Below are positions 49,491-58,301 of a stretch of DNA of 64,000 nucleotides, one piece after another. The position numbers were made by a program, and so were the translations under genes. Source of the stretch: an uncultured delta proteobacterium (GTDB lineage Bacteria; Myxococcota_A; UBA9160; UBA4427); contig CAWGJT010000014.1 of NCBI GenBank assembly GCA_963822965.1, positions 430,288 through 494,287 on the forward strand. Direction: 5' to 3'. Positions within the stretch are counted from its first letter, which is position 1. Each line of letters starts with the position of its first letter. The notes beneath the pieces are model-generated. The model worked only from the letters and a program-made list of their open reading frames with translations, did no database searches and was not told where the DNA came from.

Positions 49491-52400
49491 GACGCCCGTC
49501 GCAGGGCGCGCGTCCCCCGCCGCAGCCAGCCCACGCCGTCGTCCACGAGCGTGTACGCGACGGGCACGACCAGCAGCGTGAGGAGTGTCGAGGTCAGCAG
49601 CCCGCCGATCGCGATCAGGCCCATGGGGTTGCGCCACTCGGACCCGTCCCCGGTTCCGAAGGCCACGGGCAGCATGCCGAAGATGGTGGACACGGCGGTC
49701 ATCAGGACCGGCCGCATGCGCGTGGGGCCGGCCTGGATCACGGCCTCGGCGAGCGGCAGCCCGCGCTCGCGCAGGGTGTTGGTGTAGTCCACCAGCAGGA
49801 TGCCGTTCTTCATCACGATGCCCATCAGCATCAGGAACGAGATCTGGCCAAGAACGTCGAGAGAGGAGCCGCTCAGCGAGAGCGCCAGGAACGAGCCGAC
49901 GAAGGACAACGGCGCGCACAGCATGATGGTGAAGGGGTGGACGAAGGAGTTGAACTGGGCCGCGAGGATCATGTAGATGGCCACCAGCGCGAGCACGAAC
50001 GCGAAGATCACCGCGGAGACGGTCTCCCGCAGACGTTGGGACGGACCCACGGGCACGAACTCGTACTCGCCCCCGATCCCGAGGTCCCGGGCGAAGCCGG
50101 TGATCTCCGCATCGGCCGTTCCCGCGGCCTTGTCGACGAGGTTGCCGTAGATCGTGACCACGCGGCTGCGGTTCTCGCGATCGATCTGCACCGGACCGCT
50201 GCCGATGCGGGGAATCACCAGGTTGCGAAGCGGCACCAGGCTGCCCCCGGCGCCGCGCACGCGCACCAGCTCGAGCTCGGCGAGGTCGTCGCGGTCCTCG
50301 GGTCGGATCTGCACCCGCACGTCGTAGCGCTCGCCGCCCTCCTCGAAGGTGGTGGCCTTGATGCCGGCGTAGAGGGCGGTGATGGTCTGGCCGATCTCCA
50401 TCGCGGGCACGCCGAGGTCGGCGGCGCGCTCCCGGGTGATCTCGAGGGCCACCTCCGGCTTCCCGACCTCGTACGACAGGAATACGTCCGCGTAGCCGCT
50501 GGTTCGTCGCATGCGCTCGGCGAGGCTGGCCGCGTAGTACTGCAGCTTCGCCATGTCCGGGCCGCGGATCGAGTACATGAGGTCGGCGTGGCGTCCGCCC
50601 GCCACCTGGATCATCGAGAGCTCCTCGACGGCGAAGTCGGCGAGGGGCAGCTCCAGCGCCTGGATCCGCTTGCGCACCCGGCCCATGACCTGCTGCTGGC
50701 CGATCGGACGCTCGTTCTTGGGCAGCAGCTGTACGAAGATCTGCGCCTCGTTGACGCGCTGCTGGGCGCCGGAGCCGATGGTGGTGAAGACCGCCTTCAC
50801 GGTGGGCTCGGACCGGATCTCGCCCTCCACCGCCGCCGCCGCGTGCCGCGTCTGGTCGAGGGTGCTGCCCAGGGGCATCTTGAGCCAGACGTTGAACTCG
50901 CTGCGGTCCTCGGCGATCACGAAGTCCACTGGAACGCTGCGCAGGAGCCAGACCCCCGCTGCGACCGAGGCCAGCGCCAGGGCCACTACCGCCGGTCGGT
51001 GGCGCAGGCCCCACTCGAGCAGGCGGCGGTAGGCGGCCTCGAGCCCCGCGTAGCCGCGCTCCATCGTTTGGTAGAGCGCGCCCGGCGAGGTCTGGACGCG
51101 CACGAAGCGGGCGCAGAGCATGGGGGTGAGCGTCACGGCCACGAGCGTCGAGATCGAGACCGCGCACGACGCCACGATGCCGAACTCCCGGAAGAAGCGG
51201 CCGACCACCCCGGAGAGGAAGGCGATGGGGACGAAGACGGCGCACACCGCCAGGGTGGTGGCCACCACCGCCAGTCCGATCTCGTCGGTCCCCCGCGACG
51301 CGGCCTCCTCGGGCGGCTCGCCCCGCTCCATGTGGCGGTAGACGTTCTCGAGCACCACCACGGCGTCGTCGATGAGCAGACCAATGCAGAGCGACAGCGC
51401 CATCAGCGTCATCGTGTTGATGGTGAAGCCGAACGCGTAGAAGAAGACGAAGGAGCCGATCAGCGACGTGGGGATCGCGATGCCCACGATCGCGGTGGCC
51501 CGCAGGTTTCGCAGGAAGAGCAGCACCACCGCCGCCGCCAGCACCGCGCCCACGGCCAGCGCGACCGCCACGTCGGTGATGGCGCTGCGAATGAACTTGG
51601 ATGCGTCCAGGGCCACCGTCATCTCGTAGCCGGGTGGCAGATCGGCGCGCAGGCGATCGAGCGCGGCCCGCACGGAATCGACCACCGCCACCGTGTTCTC
51701 GCCCGACTGGCGCCGGATCAGGAGCGCCACGCCTCGCTGGCCGTCCAGCCGTGAGACCGTGCGCTCCTCGGCCAGGCCGTCCTCCACGGTCGCCACGTCG
51801 CGCAGGTGCACGACGCGACCGCGCTGCTCGGCGACGACGATCTCCCCGAAATCGGCCGGCGCCAGCAGCTTGCCCTCGGTCTTGAGGGCGTACTCGGTCC
51901 GGCGCGTCTCGATGCGGCCCCCGGGCAGCTCCACGTGCTCGCGCTGCACCGCGGCGAGCACGTCGCCTACGGCGAGACCGTAGCCGCTGAGGCGCAGGGG
52001 ATCGATCCAGACCCGGATCTCCCGCTCGCGGCCGCCGACGATCGAGACGCTGCCCACGCCGGCGATGCGCTCGAGGCGGGTCTTGATGCGCTTGTCCGCC
52101 AGCTCGGTGATGTTGCGGATGGAGTCGCTGCCCGAGAGCAGGACGGCGAGGACCGGCTCGGCGTCGGGATCGATGCGGTCGACGACGGGTGGCTCCACGT
52201 CCTCGGGCAGCTCGCCGCGCACCGCCGCCACCTTGTCGCGCACCTCCTGGGACTTCTCGCGGATGTCGTACTCGAGCTCGAACTCGACGAAGATCAGCGA
52301 GAGCGAGTCGCTCGAGGCGCTGTGCAGCGACCGGACCCCCTCGATGCTGTTGATCGACTCCTCGAGGACCTCCGTCACCTCGCGCTCGACGGCGTCCGGG

Positions 52401-52564
52401 GTGGCGCCCCGCAGCTCGGTCACCACCGTGACCAGCGGGAACTCGACGCGCGGCCACAGGTCGATCCCCAGGCGGGGAATCGAGACCGCGCCCAGCACCA
52501 CGAGTCCGCCGATCAGCATCACCGCGAAGACCGGTCGGCGGATGCAGACGTCGGCGATCTTCAC
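49487..52564 (-). CDS. HAE1 RND efflux permease (AcrB/AcrD/AcrF family)
   Basis: IRRPVFA, GLLIDDAVVVLEN, GIVMKNGILLVD and RMRPVLMT. Confidence 0.95.
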   Translation of the reverse strand: MKIADVCIRRPVFAVMLIGGLVVLGAVSIPRLGIDLWPRVEFPLVTVVTELRGATPDAVEREVTEVLEESINSIEGVRSLHSASSDSLSLIFVEFELEYDIREKSQEVRDKVAAVRGELPEDVEPPVVDRIDPDAEPVLAVLLSGSDSIRNITELADKRIKTRLERIAGVGSVSIVGGREREIRVWIDPLRLSGYGLAVGDVLAAVQREHVELPGGRIETRRTEYALKTEGKLLAPADFGEIVVAEQRGRVVHLRDVATVEDGLAEERTVSRLDGQRGVALLIRRQSGENTVAVVDSVRAALDRLRADLPPGYEMTVALDASKFIRSAITDVAVALAVGAVLAAAVVLLFLRNLRATAIVGIAIPTSLIGSFVFFYAFGFTINTMTLMALSLCIGLLIDDAVVVLENVYRHMERGEPPEEAASRGTDEIGLAVVATTLAVCAVFVPIAFLSGVVGRFFREFGIVASCAVSISTLVAVTLTPMLCARFVRVQTSPGALYQTMERGYAGLEAAYRRLLEWGLRHRPAVVALALASVAAGVWLLRSVPVDFVIAEDRSEFNVWLKMPLGSTLDQTRHAAAAVEGEIRSEPTVKAVFTTIGSGAQQRVNEAQIFVQLLPKNERPIGQQQVMGRVRKRIQALELPLADFAVEELSMIQVAGGRHADLMYSIRGPDMAKLQYYAASLAERMRRTSGYADVFLSYEVGKPEVALEITRERAADLGVPAMEIGQTITALYAGIKATTFEEGGERYDVRVQIRPEDRDDLAELELVRVRGAGGSLVPLRNLVIPRIGSGPVQIDRENRSRVVTIYGNLVDKAAGTADAEITGFARDLGIGGEYEFVPVGPSQRLRETVSAVIFAFVLALVAIYMILAAQFNSFVHPFTIMLCAPLSFVGSFLALSLSGSSLDVLGQISFLMLMGIVMKNGILLVDYTNTLRERGLPLAEAVIQAGPTRMRPVLMTAVSTIFGMLPVAFGTGDGSEWRNPMGLIAIGGLLTSTLLTLLVVPVAYTLVDDGVGWLRRGTRALRRAS

Positions 52565-53706
52565 GGCCCGGCTTCCGGACCGGGACCGTTGGGCCGAGTC
52601 CCCTCGCGCGCCCGGTGAGCGGGCACGGCGACCACGCGCATCCCGGGTGCGATGGTGCGGGCGCTGTCGCCGACCACGATCTCGTCGTCCACCCGCACGC
52701 CGCGCAGCACCTCGACGGCGTCCTCGGACACGATCCCGAGCTGCACGGGCTGCGCCACCGCGAGCCCGTCGCGCACCACCAGCACCTGGGTGCGACCGTC
52801 CTCCCGTCGCACCGCCTCGCGCGGCACGAGCACCACGTCGCTCTTGGCCCGCGGCAGGATCTCGACCCGGGCGAAGGTGCCGGCCTTCAGGGCGTGATCC
52901 TCATTGGGAACCCGCATCCTCACCAGATAGGTGCGCGTGGCGGGGTCGATGGCGTCGCTCACCGACGAGACCTCGGTGGCGATCGGCTGGGCCAGCCCCT
53001 CGACCTCGAGGAGCGCCGCGTCGCCCTCCGCGATGGCCGCGAAGTGGACCTCGGGGATGGTCGCCTGGGCCTCCAGCTCGGAAGTCTCCTGCAGCACCAG
53101 GACGATGGTCTGGGGCTGGCTCTGTGCGGTCGTGCCCTCGTCCTCCAGGCGCGCCGCCACCGAGGCGTCGTAGGGCGCGCGCACCAGCGTTTTGTCCAGG
53201 TCGCGCCGGGCCATCGCCACCATCTCCGAGGCCTCCCGCTCCGCGGCGCGAGCCACCGCCAGCCCGGTCTCGAGCTCGTCCATCTGCTGCTTCGACACCA
53301 CCTTCTGCTCGTGCAGCGCATGGCCGCGAGCCAGATCGGTCTCGATCTTCTTGCGCTCGGCCTCGGCGCGTTCCAGCCGCGCTTCGGCCTGGCGCAGGGC
53401 CAGCTCGTAGGACCTGCGCTCGATCTGGAACAGGGGGTCGCCCGCCTGCACCCGGTCGCCCTCGGAAACGAAGATCTTCTCGATGCGTCCGCGCACCTCG
53501 GGGCCGATGCGGCTCTCGCGCAGGGCCATCAGGCTTCCGGGGGCGACGATGCGCTGGAGGATCGAGCCGCGGCGCACGCGCGCGGTGGTCACCTCCAGGA
53601 CCGGGGCGACCGCGTCGGCGGTCGGTGCCGGCGCGCTGGCGCGCTCGCACGCGAGCGCGGCGCTCCACAGCAGCGCGCCGAGGGCGCAGAACGCGGCGGT
53701 GCGCAT
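52561..53706 (-). CDS. RND periplasmic adaptor (MFP)
   Basis: ALAC lipobox, GRIEKIFVSEGDRV, helical hairpin, RAPYD and IDPATRT. Confidence 0.92.
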   Translation of the reverse strand: MRTAAFCALGALLWSAALACERASAPAPTADAVAPVLEVTTARVRRGSILQRIVAPGSLMALRESRIGPEVRGRIEKIFVSEGDRVQAGDPLFQIERRSYELALRQAEARLERAEAERKKIETDLARGHALHEQKVVSKQQMDELETGLAVARAAEREASEMVAMARRDLDKTLVRAPYDASVAARLEDEGTTAQSQPQTIVLVLQETSELEAQATIPEVHFAAIAEGDAALLEVEGLAQPIATEVSSVSDAIDPATRTYLVRMRVPNEDHALKAGTFARVEILPRAKSDVVLVPREAVRREDGRTQVLVVRDGLAVAQPVQLGIVSEDAVEVLRGVRVDDEIVVGDSARTIAPGMRVVAVPAHRAREGTRPNGPGPEAGP

Positions 53707-53718
53707 GGTCGAACCCAC

Positions 53719-54438
53719 TCAGTGCGCCGCCGCAGAGGGTGGCCACGGAAGCGCGGCCAGGTAGGTGGCGACGGCGCGCAGGTCGTCGTCCCGATAGTCG
53801 AACACCGCTTCCACCATCTCGGGGTGGGCGTTGCGGCGAAGCGATCCGGCGATGGCGCGCAGCTGCCGCAGCAGATAGGCGTAGTGCTGCCCGGCGATGA
53901 CGGGAACGAGCGCCGAGGCGTTGCCTGCGCCGGCAGCACCGTGGCAGCGAACGCAGTCGCGCCGGTAGAGCTCCTCGCCCCGCGCTCTCTCCGGGTCCTC
54001 GCCCCGGCCGTTGCCCGAGCCCCCGGCAGCAGGCGACAGGCTCGCGACATAGGCCGCCACGTCCGCGATCTGAGCGGGGTCGGTCAGCGTATCGACGTGG
54101 CTGGCCATGATCGGATTGCCCCGGCGTCCCTCGCGGATGTCGTCGACCTGCTTCACGATGACCGACGCGTGCTGGCCGGCGATGCGGGGAAAGGTACCGT
54201 CGCTCCGCCCGAGGCCATCGGCCCCATGGCAGACCGCGCAGCCGGCGTACGCCACCGCTCCCGCGTCGCGGTCTCCCTCCCGGGCGCGGTCGCTCTCCCC
54301 GGACGGCGGGCTCGAGCCCGGGTCGGCGAGCGCGGTCTTCGCCCCGGAGAGCGCAAGAGACGCGACGAGGGAGAGGGCGGCGGCGATCCAGAGCGGGACC
54401 GGGCTGCTTCGAGACGGCACCGCCGCGCGTGCTTCCAT
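53719..54438 (-). CDS. Di-heme cytochrome c4-like protein
   Basis: CAVCH and CVRCH, two P.IAGQH motifs, distal Met in NPIM and HPEM. Confidence 0.88.
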   Translation of the reverse strand: MEARAAVPSRSSPVPLWIAAALSLVASLALSGAKTALADPGSSPPSGESDRAREGDRDAGAVAYAGCAVCHGADGLGRSDGTFPRIAGQHASVIVKQVDDIREGRRGNPIMASHVDTLTDPAQIADVAAYVASLSPAAGGSGNGRGEDPERARGEELYRRDCVRCHGAAGAGNASALVPVIAGQHYAYLLRQLRAIAGSLRRNAHPEMVEAVFDYRDDDLRAVATYLAALPWPPSAAAH

Positions 54439-54645
54439 GGGGCGCCGAACATAACCCGAACGGGCGCCGGCGTCCTCGTGATACTCCACTCCACGGCGCC
54501 TCGATCCGCCGGTCGCTCGGCCCCCGGTCGAGCGGTCTCGCCGCGGCGCCGTCGGGGACGCGCCCCCCTCTCGAGCCCCTACGGGGAACCGCGGAGCCTC
54601 CTCGCGGCACCCGTCGGCGCTCGGAACGTGGGATCATCCGAGGCC

Positions 54646-55281
54646 ATGGCGCGGGACTGGCATGCCTGGCATCGCGAGTACGACCAGCCCGGGTCGCGGC
54701 TGAGCCAACGCCTGGCGGCCGTCCAGGCCTGCATCCGCGACGCGCTCGACCGGATGCCGCCGGGACCGATCCGAGCCATCAGCGCGTGTGCCGGAGAGGG
54801 GCGCGACCTGCTCGGGGTGCTGGCCGGACATCCGCGGGCCGCGGACGTGACCGCGCGTCTCGTGGAGATCGACCCGGACCTCGCGGCCCGGGCCGCCGCG
54901 CACGCGCCGCCGGGGGTCGACGTGGTGTGCGCCGACGCGTCCACCACGAGCGCCTACCGGGGCGCCGTTCCCGCCGACCTCGTCCTCGTCTGCGGCGTGT
55001 TCGGCAACGTCGCGCTGCCCGACATCGAGCATACGGTTCGCTCGCTGCCGTCGCTGTGCGCGCCGGGTGCGACGGTCGTCTGGACGCGACATCGTCGGCC
55101 GCCGGACCGCACCATCGACATCCGGCGCTGGCTCGATGAGGCCGGATACGAAGAGGTCGCCTTCGTCGCGTCCGACGAGCTGCTCTTCGGTGTCGGGGCG
55201 CACCGGCTGGTGGCGCCCCCGCTTCCGTACGCACCGGACGTCCCCCTCTTCGCGTTCGTGGGCTACGATCGGCTCTCCTGA
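54646..55281 (+). CDS. SAM-dependent methyltransferase-like protein
   Basis: DWHAWH..Y, ISACAGEGRD, LVEID and LVCGVFGN. Confidence 0.75.
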   Translation: MARDWHAWHREYDQPGSRLSQRLAAVQACIRDALDRMPPGPIRAISACAGEGRDLLGVLAGHPRAADVTARLVEIDPDLAARAAAHAPPGVDVVCADASTTSAYRGAVPADLVLVCGVFGNVALPDIEHTVRSLPSLCAPGATVVWTRHRRPPDRTIDIRRWLDEAGYEEVAFVASDELLFGVGAHRLVAPPLPYAPDVPLFAFVGYDRLS

Positions 55282-55302
55282 GAGCGATCGCCGGGAGGGC
55301 CC

Positions 55303-56565
55303 ATGCTCCGCTTCCTCCAGCGGTTGATGGCGAGCGAGCGTTCGATGCGCGCGCTGGGCGCGGTGTCTCCCTCTCTGCGCTTCTGGCATCCCGACGTGCG
55401 CCGCGACCCGTATCCCACCTATCGCCGCTTCCGCGAGCGACGCATCGTGCGGCTGCGCCTCTTCGGCGGCTGGGCGGTGGCCCGGTACGACGACGTGGAG
55501 CGCGTGCTGCGCGATCCTGCCTTCTCGACGGATCGCGACGCGGTGGCGATCATGAAGATGCTGCACCGCGCGACACGCGGTGCGCCGGACTTCGGCGATC
55601 TCATCGACAACAACCTGCTGATGATCGACGGTGCGCGTCACCGTCGGCTCCGTGGCCTCGTCTCCAAGGCCTTCACGCCGCGGCGGGTGGAGGCGCTGCG
55701 GCCGCGCGTGGAAGCGCTCGTCGACGAGATCCTCGAGCGGATGGCGGAGCAGGAGCGAGCGGACCTGGTCCGCGACCTCGCGCAGCCGCTGCCGACGGTC
55801 GTGATCGCCGAGCTGCTGGGCGTCCCCGTCGCCGACCAGCCGCGCTTCCGCGCCTGGTCGGACGTGCTGGTCCAGCTGCTCGATCCCCTCTCCGGCCACG
55901 GGGGTCTCGATCCGCCCAAGCACGCCATGCAGGAGCTCGGCGGCTACCTGCGCGCGCTGCTCGCCGAGCGCCGCCGCGCACCGCGCGACGACCTGCTCAC
56001 CGCCATGAGCGAGGCGGAGGAGGCGGGCGAGTCGCTCGCCGAGGGCGAGCTGGTGGCGTTGGCGGCCCTGCTGCTGGTTGCCGGCAACGAAACGACCACC
56101 AGCCTGATCGGGAACGCCGTGCTGCTGCTGCTGCGCAATCCGGACGAGCGCAAGCGCCTGCAGGACGACCTCGGCCTCGTGCCCGCCGCGGTTGAGGAGT
56201 GCCTCCGCCTCGAGCCGCCGGTGCAGCTCACCGACCGTGCGGTGGTCGCGCCCGTGGAGCTCGCGGGCCGCCACCTGGCGCCGGGAACGATCGTCGCGGC
56301 GCTGATCGGGGGAGCCAACCGGGACCCGGCGCGCTTCCCCGAGCCCGACCGTTTCGACGTGGGGCGGGCCGACGACCGGCACCTCGCCTTCGGGCACGGG
56401 AGCCACTACTGCCTGGGTGCCTCGCTCGCCCGCCTCGAGGCGCAGGTGACCCTGCGCGCGCTCCTGTCCCGCTTCCCCGATCTCGACGGGCCGGCGGAGC
56501 CACCCGGTTGGAAGCCCTCGATCGTCCTCCGCGGCCCCACGGCGCTCCCCCTCCGCCTGGGCTAG
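55303..56565 (+). CDS. Cytochrome P450
   Basis: AGNETT, EECLR and FGHGSHYCLG. Confidence 0.95.
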   Translation: MLRFLQRLMASERSMRALGAVSPSLRFWHPDVRRDPYPTYRRFRERRIVRLRLFGGWAVARYDDVERVLRDPAFSTDRDAVAIMKMLHRATRGAPDFGDLIDNNLLMIDGARHRRLRGLVSKAFTPRRVEALRPRVEALVDEILERMAEQERADLVRDLAQPLPTVVIAELLGVPVADQPRFRAWSDVLVQLLDPLSGHGGLDPPKHAMQELGGYLRALLAERRRAPRDDLLTAMSEAEEAGESLAEGELVALAALLLVAGNETTTSLIGNAVLLLLRNPDERKRLQDDLGLVPAAVEECLRLEPPVQLTDRAVVAPVELAGRHLAPGTIVAALIGGANRDPARFPEPDRFDVGRADDRHLAFGHGSHYCLGASLARLEAQVTLRALLSRFPDLDGPAEPPGWKPSIVLRGPTALPLRLG

Positions 56566-56671
56566 ATCCGTCAACCGGATCAGGGCGCAACTCCCGATGC
56601 TGTTCGGATCCACGCGGCTGCTCGGTCCGTGGGGAGCGCGGATCGGAACGCCTCCGCGCGCAGCTCGCCGC

Positions 56672-57709
56672 TCATCCCGAACGTTCCCGCAGCCGCTCCC
56701 CCCGCCACGCGCCGACGCCCTTCAGCAGCTCGACGCTGCGGTCCCAGAGCTTCGCGCCCGCGGCCTCGTCGTAGCACTTCTCGTCCATGCGCTTGGGGTT
56801 GAACATGTGCAGGTAGCGGCCCGTCTCACGCTCGAACTCGGGGGCGACGCACATGTAGACGGCGGGCAGGGCGGCCTTCTCGGGAGCGCGGAAGAAGACG
56901 CGGAAGACCCCCTTGAGGAAGGCGCGGAGGGCGGGAGGCGCGTCGCGAACGATGTCGCTGTCCACGGGGCCGGGGCACATCACGTGGACCGGCACGTCGA
57001 TGCGGCCGTCCGGTGCCAGGCGTCGCGAGAGCTCGGCGCCGAAGGTGTTGAGCACCAGCTTGAAGTAGCTGTAGTTGTGGATGCCCTTGTTCACGCCGTA
57101 GTCGGCGAAGCGGCCGAACTCGTCCCACGCGATGGCCGACGCGCCGCGGTGCGAGTCCGAGGAGACGAAGACGATGCGGGGCACCGGCGCGTCGCCCCGT
57201 GGCGCGTCGGCGAACACGGTGTTGCGGAGGGTGCCGTCGCCGAGCAGCCGCAGCGAGAGCAGCATCTTCGCCAGGAAGTTCGTGACGAACATGGCGTCCA
57301 GGCCCTGGGCCGTGCGGCGTGCGCGCGGCGTGGCCACGCCGGCGTTGTCCACCAGCACGTCGATCCGCTCGGCGCGCGCCTTCAGGAGGTCGGCCAGGCG
57401 ATGCACGTCGTCGAGGTCCGAGAGGTCGGCCCGCAGCATCTCCACCTCGTCGGAGCCCGAGAGCCGCTTGATCTCCTCGCCCTTCTCCGGGATGCCGCTG
57501 CGCGAGACCGTGAGGATCCGCCCGCCGCGTCTCGCCAGCTCGGTGGCGATGGCGAAGCCCAGGCCCGAGCTGGCCCCGGTCACCAGGCAGGTGCGGCCGT
57601 CGATCCGGAGGTCTTCGGTCAGCCGCTCGGCCAGCTCCTGACGACCGAAGAGATCCTTGAGTCCGGTGAGCGCAGCCTGGACCGGGTTCTGGAAGCGTCC
57701 GTGCGACAC
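56672..57709 (-). CDS. SDR oxidoreductase (retinol-dehydrogenase-like)
   Basis: TGASSGLG, DNAG, VSSDSH and YSYFK. Confidence 0.88.
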   Translation of the reverse strand: MSHGRFQNPVQAALTGLKDLFGRQELAERLTEDLRIDGRTCLVTGASSGLGFAIATELARRGGRILTVSRSGIPEKGEEIKRLSGSDEVEMLRADLSDLDDVHRLADLLKARAERIDVLVDNAGVATPRARRTAQGLDAMFVTNFLAKMLLSLRLLGDGTLRNTVFADAPRGDAPVPRIVFVSSDSHRGASAIAWDEFGRFADYGVNKGIHNYSYFKLVLNTFGAELSRRLAPDGRIDVPVHVMCPGPVDSDIVRDAPPALRAFLKGVFRVFFRAPEKAALPAVYMCVAPEFERETGRYLHMFNPKRMDEKCYDEAAGAKLWDRSVELLKGVGAWRGERLRERSG

Positions 57710-57824
57710 GTGCTCGACCTCCCTCCTTCCCCTCGCTCCACGCTAACACGTCCCCGGGGCTTCGCGGATCCGAGACGGGGCGGCCGCCAGCCGGGGCAGC
57801 CGCAGATTGATAGCCTCTGCGGGG

Positions 57825-58301
57825 ATGGCCGGGGCCGAATCCATCGAGCTGCACGTGAACGGCGAGCGCCGGCGCGTGAGCGTCGACCCCGCGACGCCCC
57901 TGCTCTACGTGCTGCGCAACGATCTGGGCCTGCGAGCCGCCAAGTTCGGGTGTGGCCTGGAGCAGTGCGGGTCCTGCACGGTCATCGTGGGCGGAGAGGC
58001 CGTGCTGTCCTGCGCGCTTCCGGTCGCTCGCGTGGGCGCGCGCGAGGTCCGGACCGTCGAGGGCCTCCGGGACGGCGACGCGCTCCACCCGCTACAGGAG
58101 GCGTTCCTGGAAGAGCAGGCGGCCCAGTGCGCGTACTGCGTTCCGGGTGTGCTGATGGCCGCCGCCGCGTTGCTCGCCTGGAACGACGATCCGAGCGACG
58201 AGGATCTTCGCCGTGCGCTCGCCGGAAACCTGTGCCGATGCGGCGCGCATCCCCGCATGCTGCGGGCGATCCGGCGCGCGGCCCGGGAGATGCGCGGATG
58301 A
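57825..58301 (+). CDS. (2Fe-2S) small subunit of a molybdenum hydroxylase (IorA/NicA-like)
   Basis: KFGCGLEQCGSC, QCAYC and NLCRCG. Confidence 0.92.
   Translation: MAGAESIELHVNGERRRVSVDPATPLLYVLRNDLGLRAAKFGCGLEQCGSCTVIVGGEAVLSCALPVARVGAREVRTVEGLRDGDALHPLQEAFLEEQAAQCAYCVPGVLMAAAALLAWNDDPSDEDLRRALAGNLCRCGAHPRMLRAIRRAAREMRG

Noticed and set aside
48387..52457. 1356-aa ORF as one protein; likewise the full lengths of 56597-60454, 35439-37940, 52615-55281 and 17692-19731
   Set aside because: Only the C-terminal parts are real genes; the upstream extensions overlap other genes and read as Arg/Pro/Gly-rich noise
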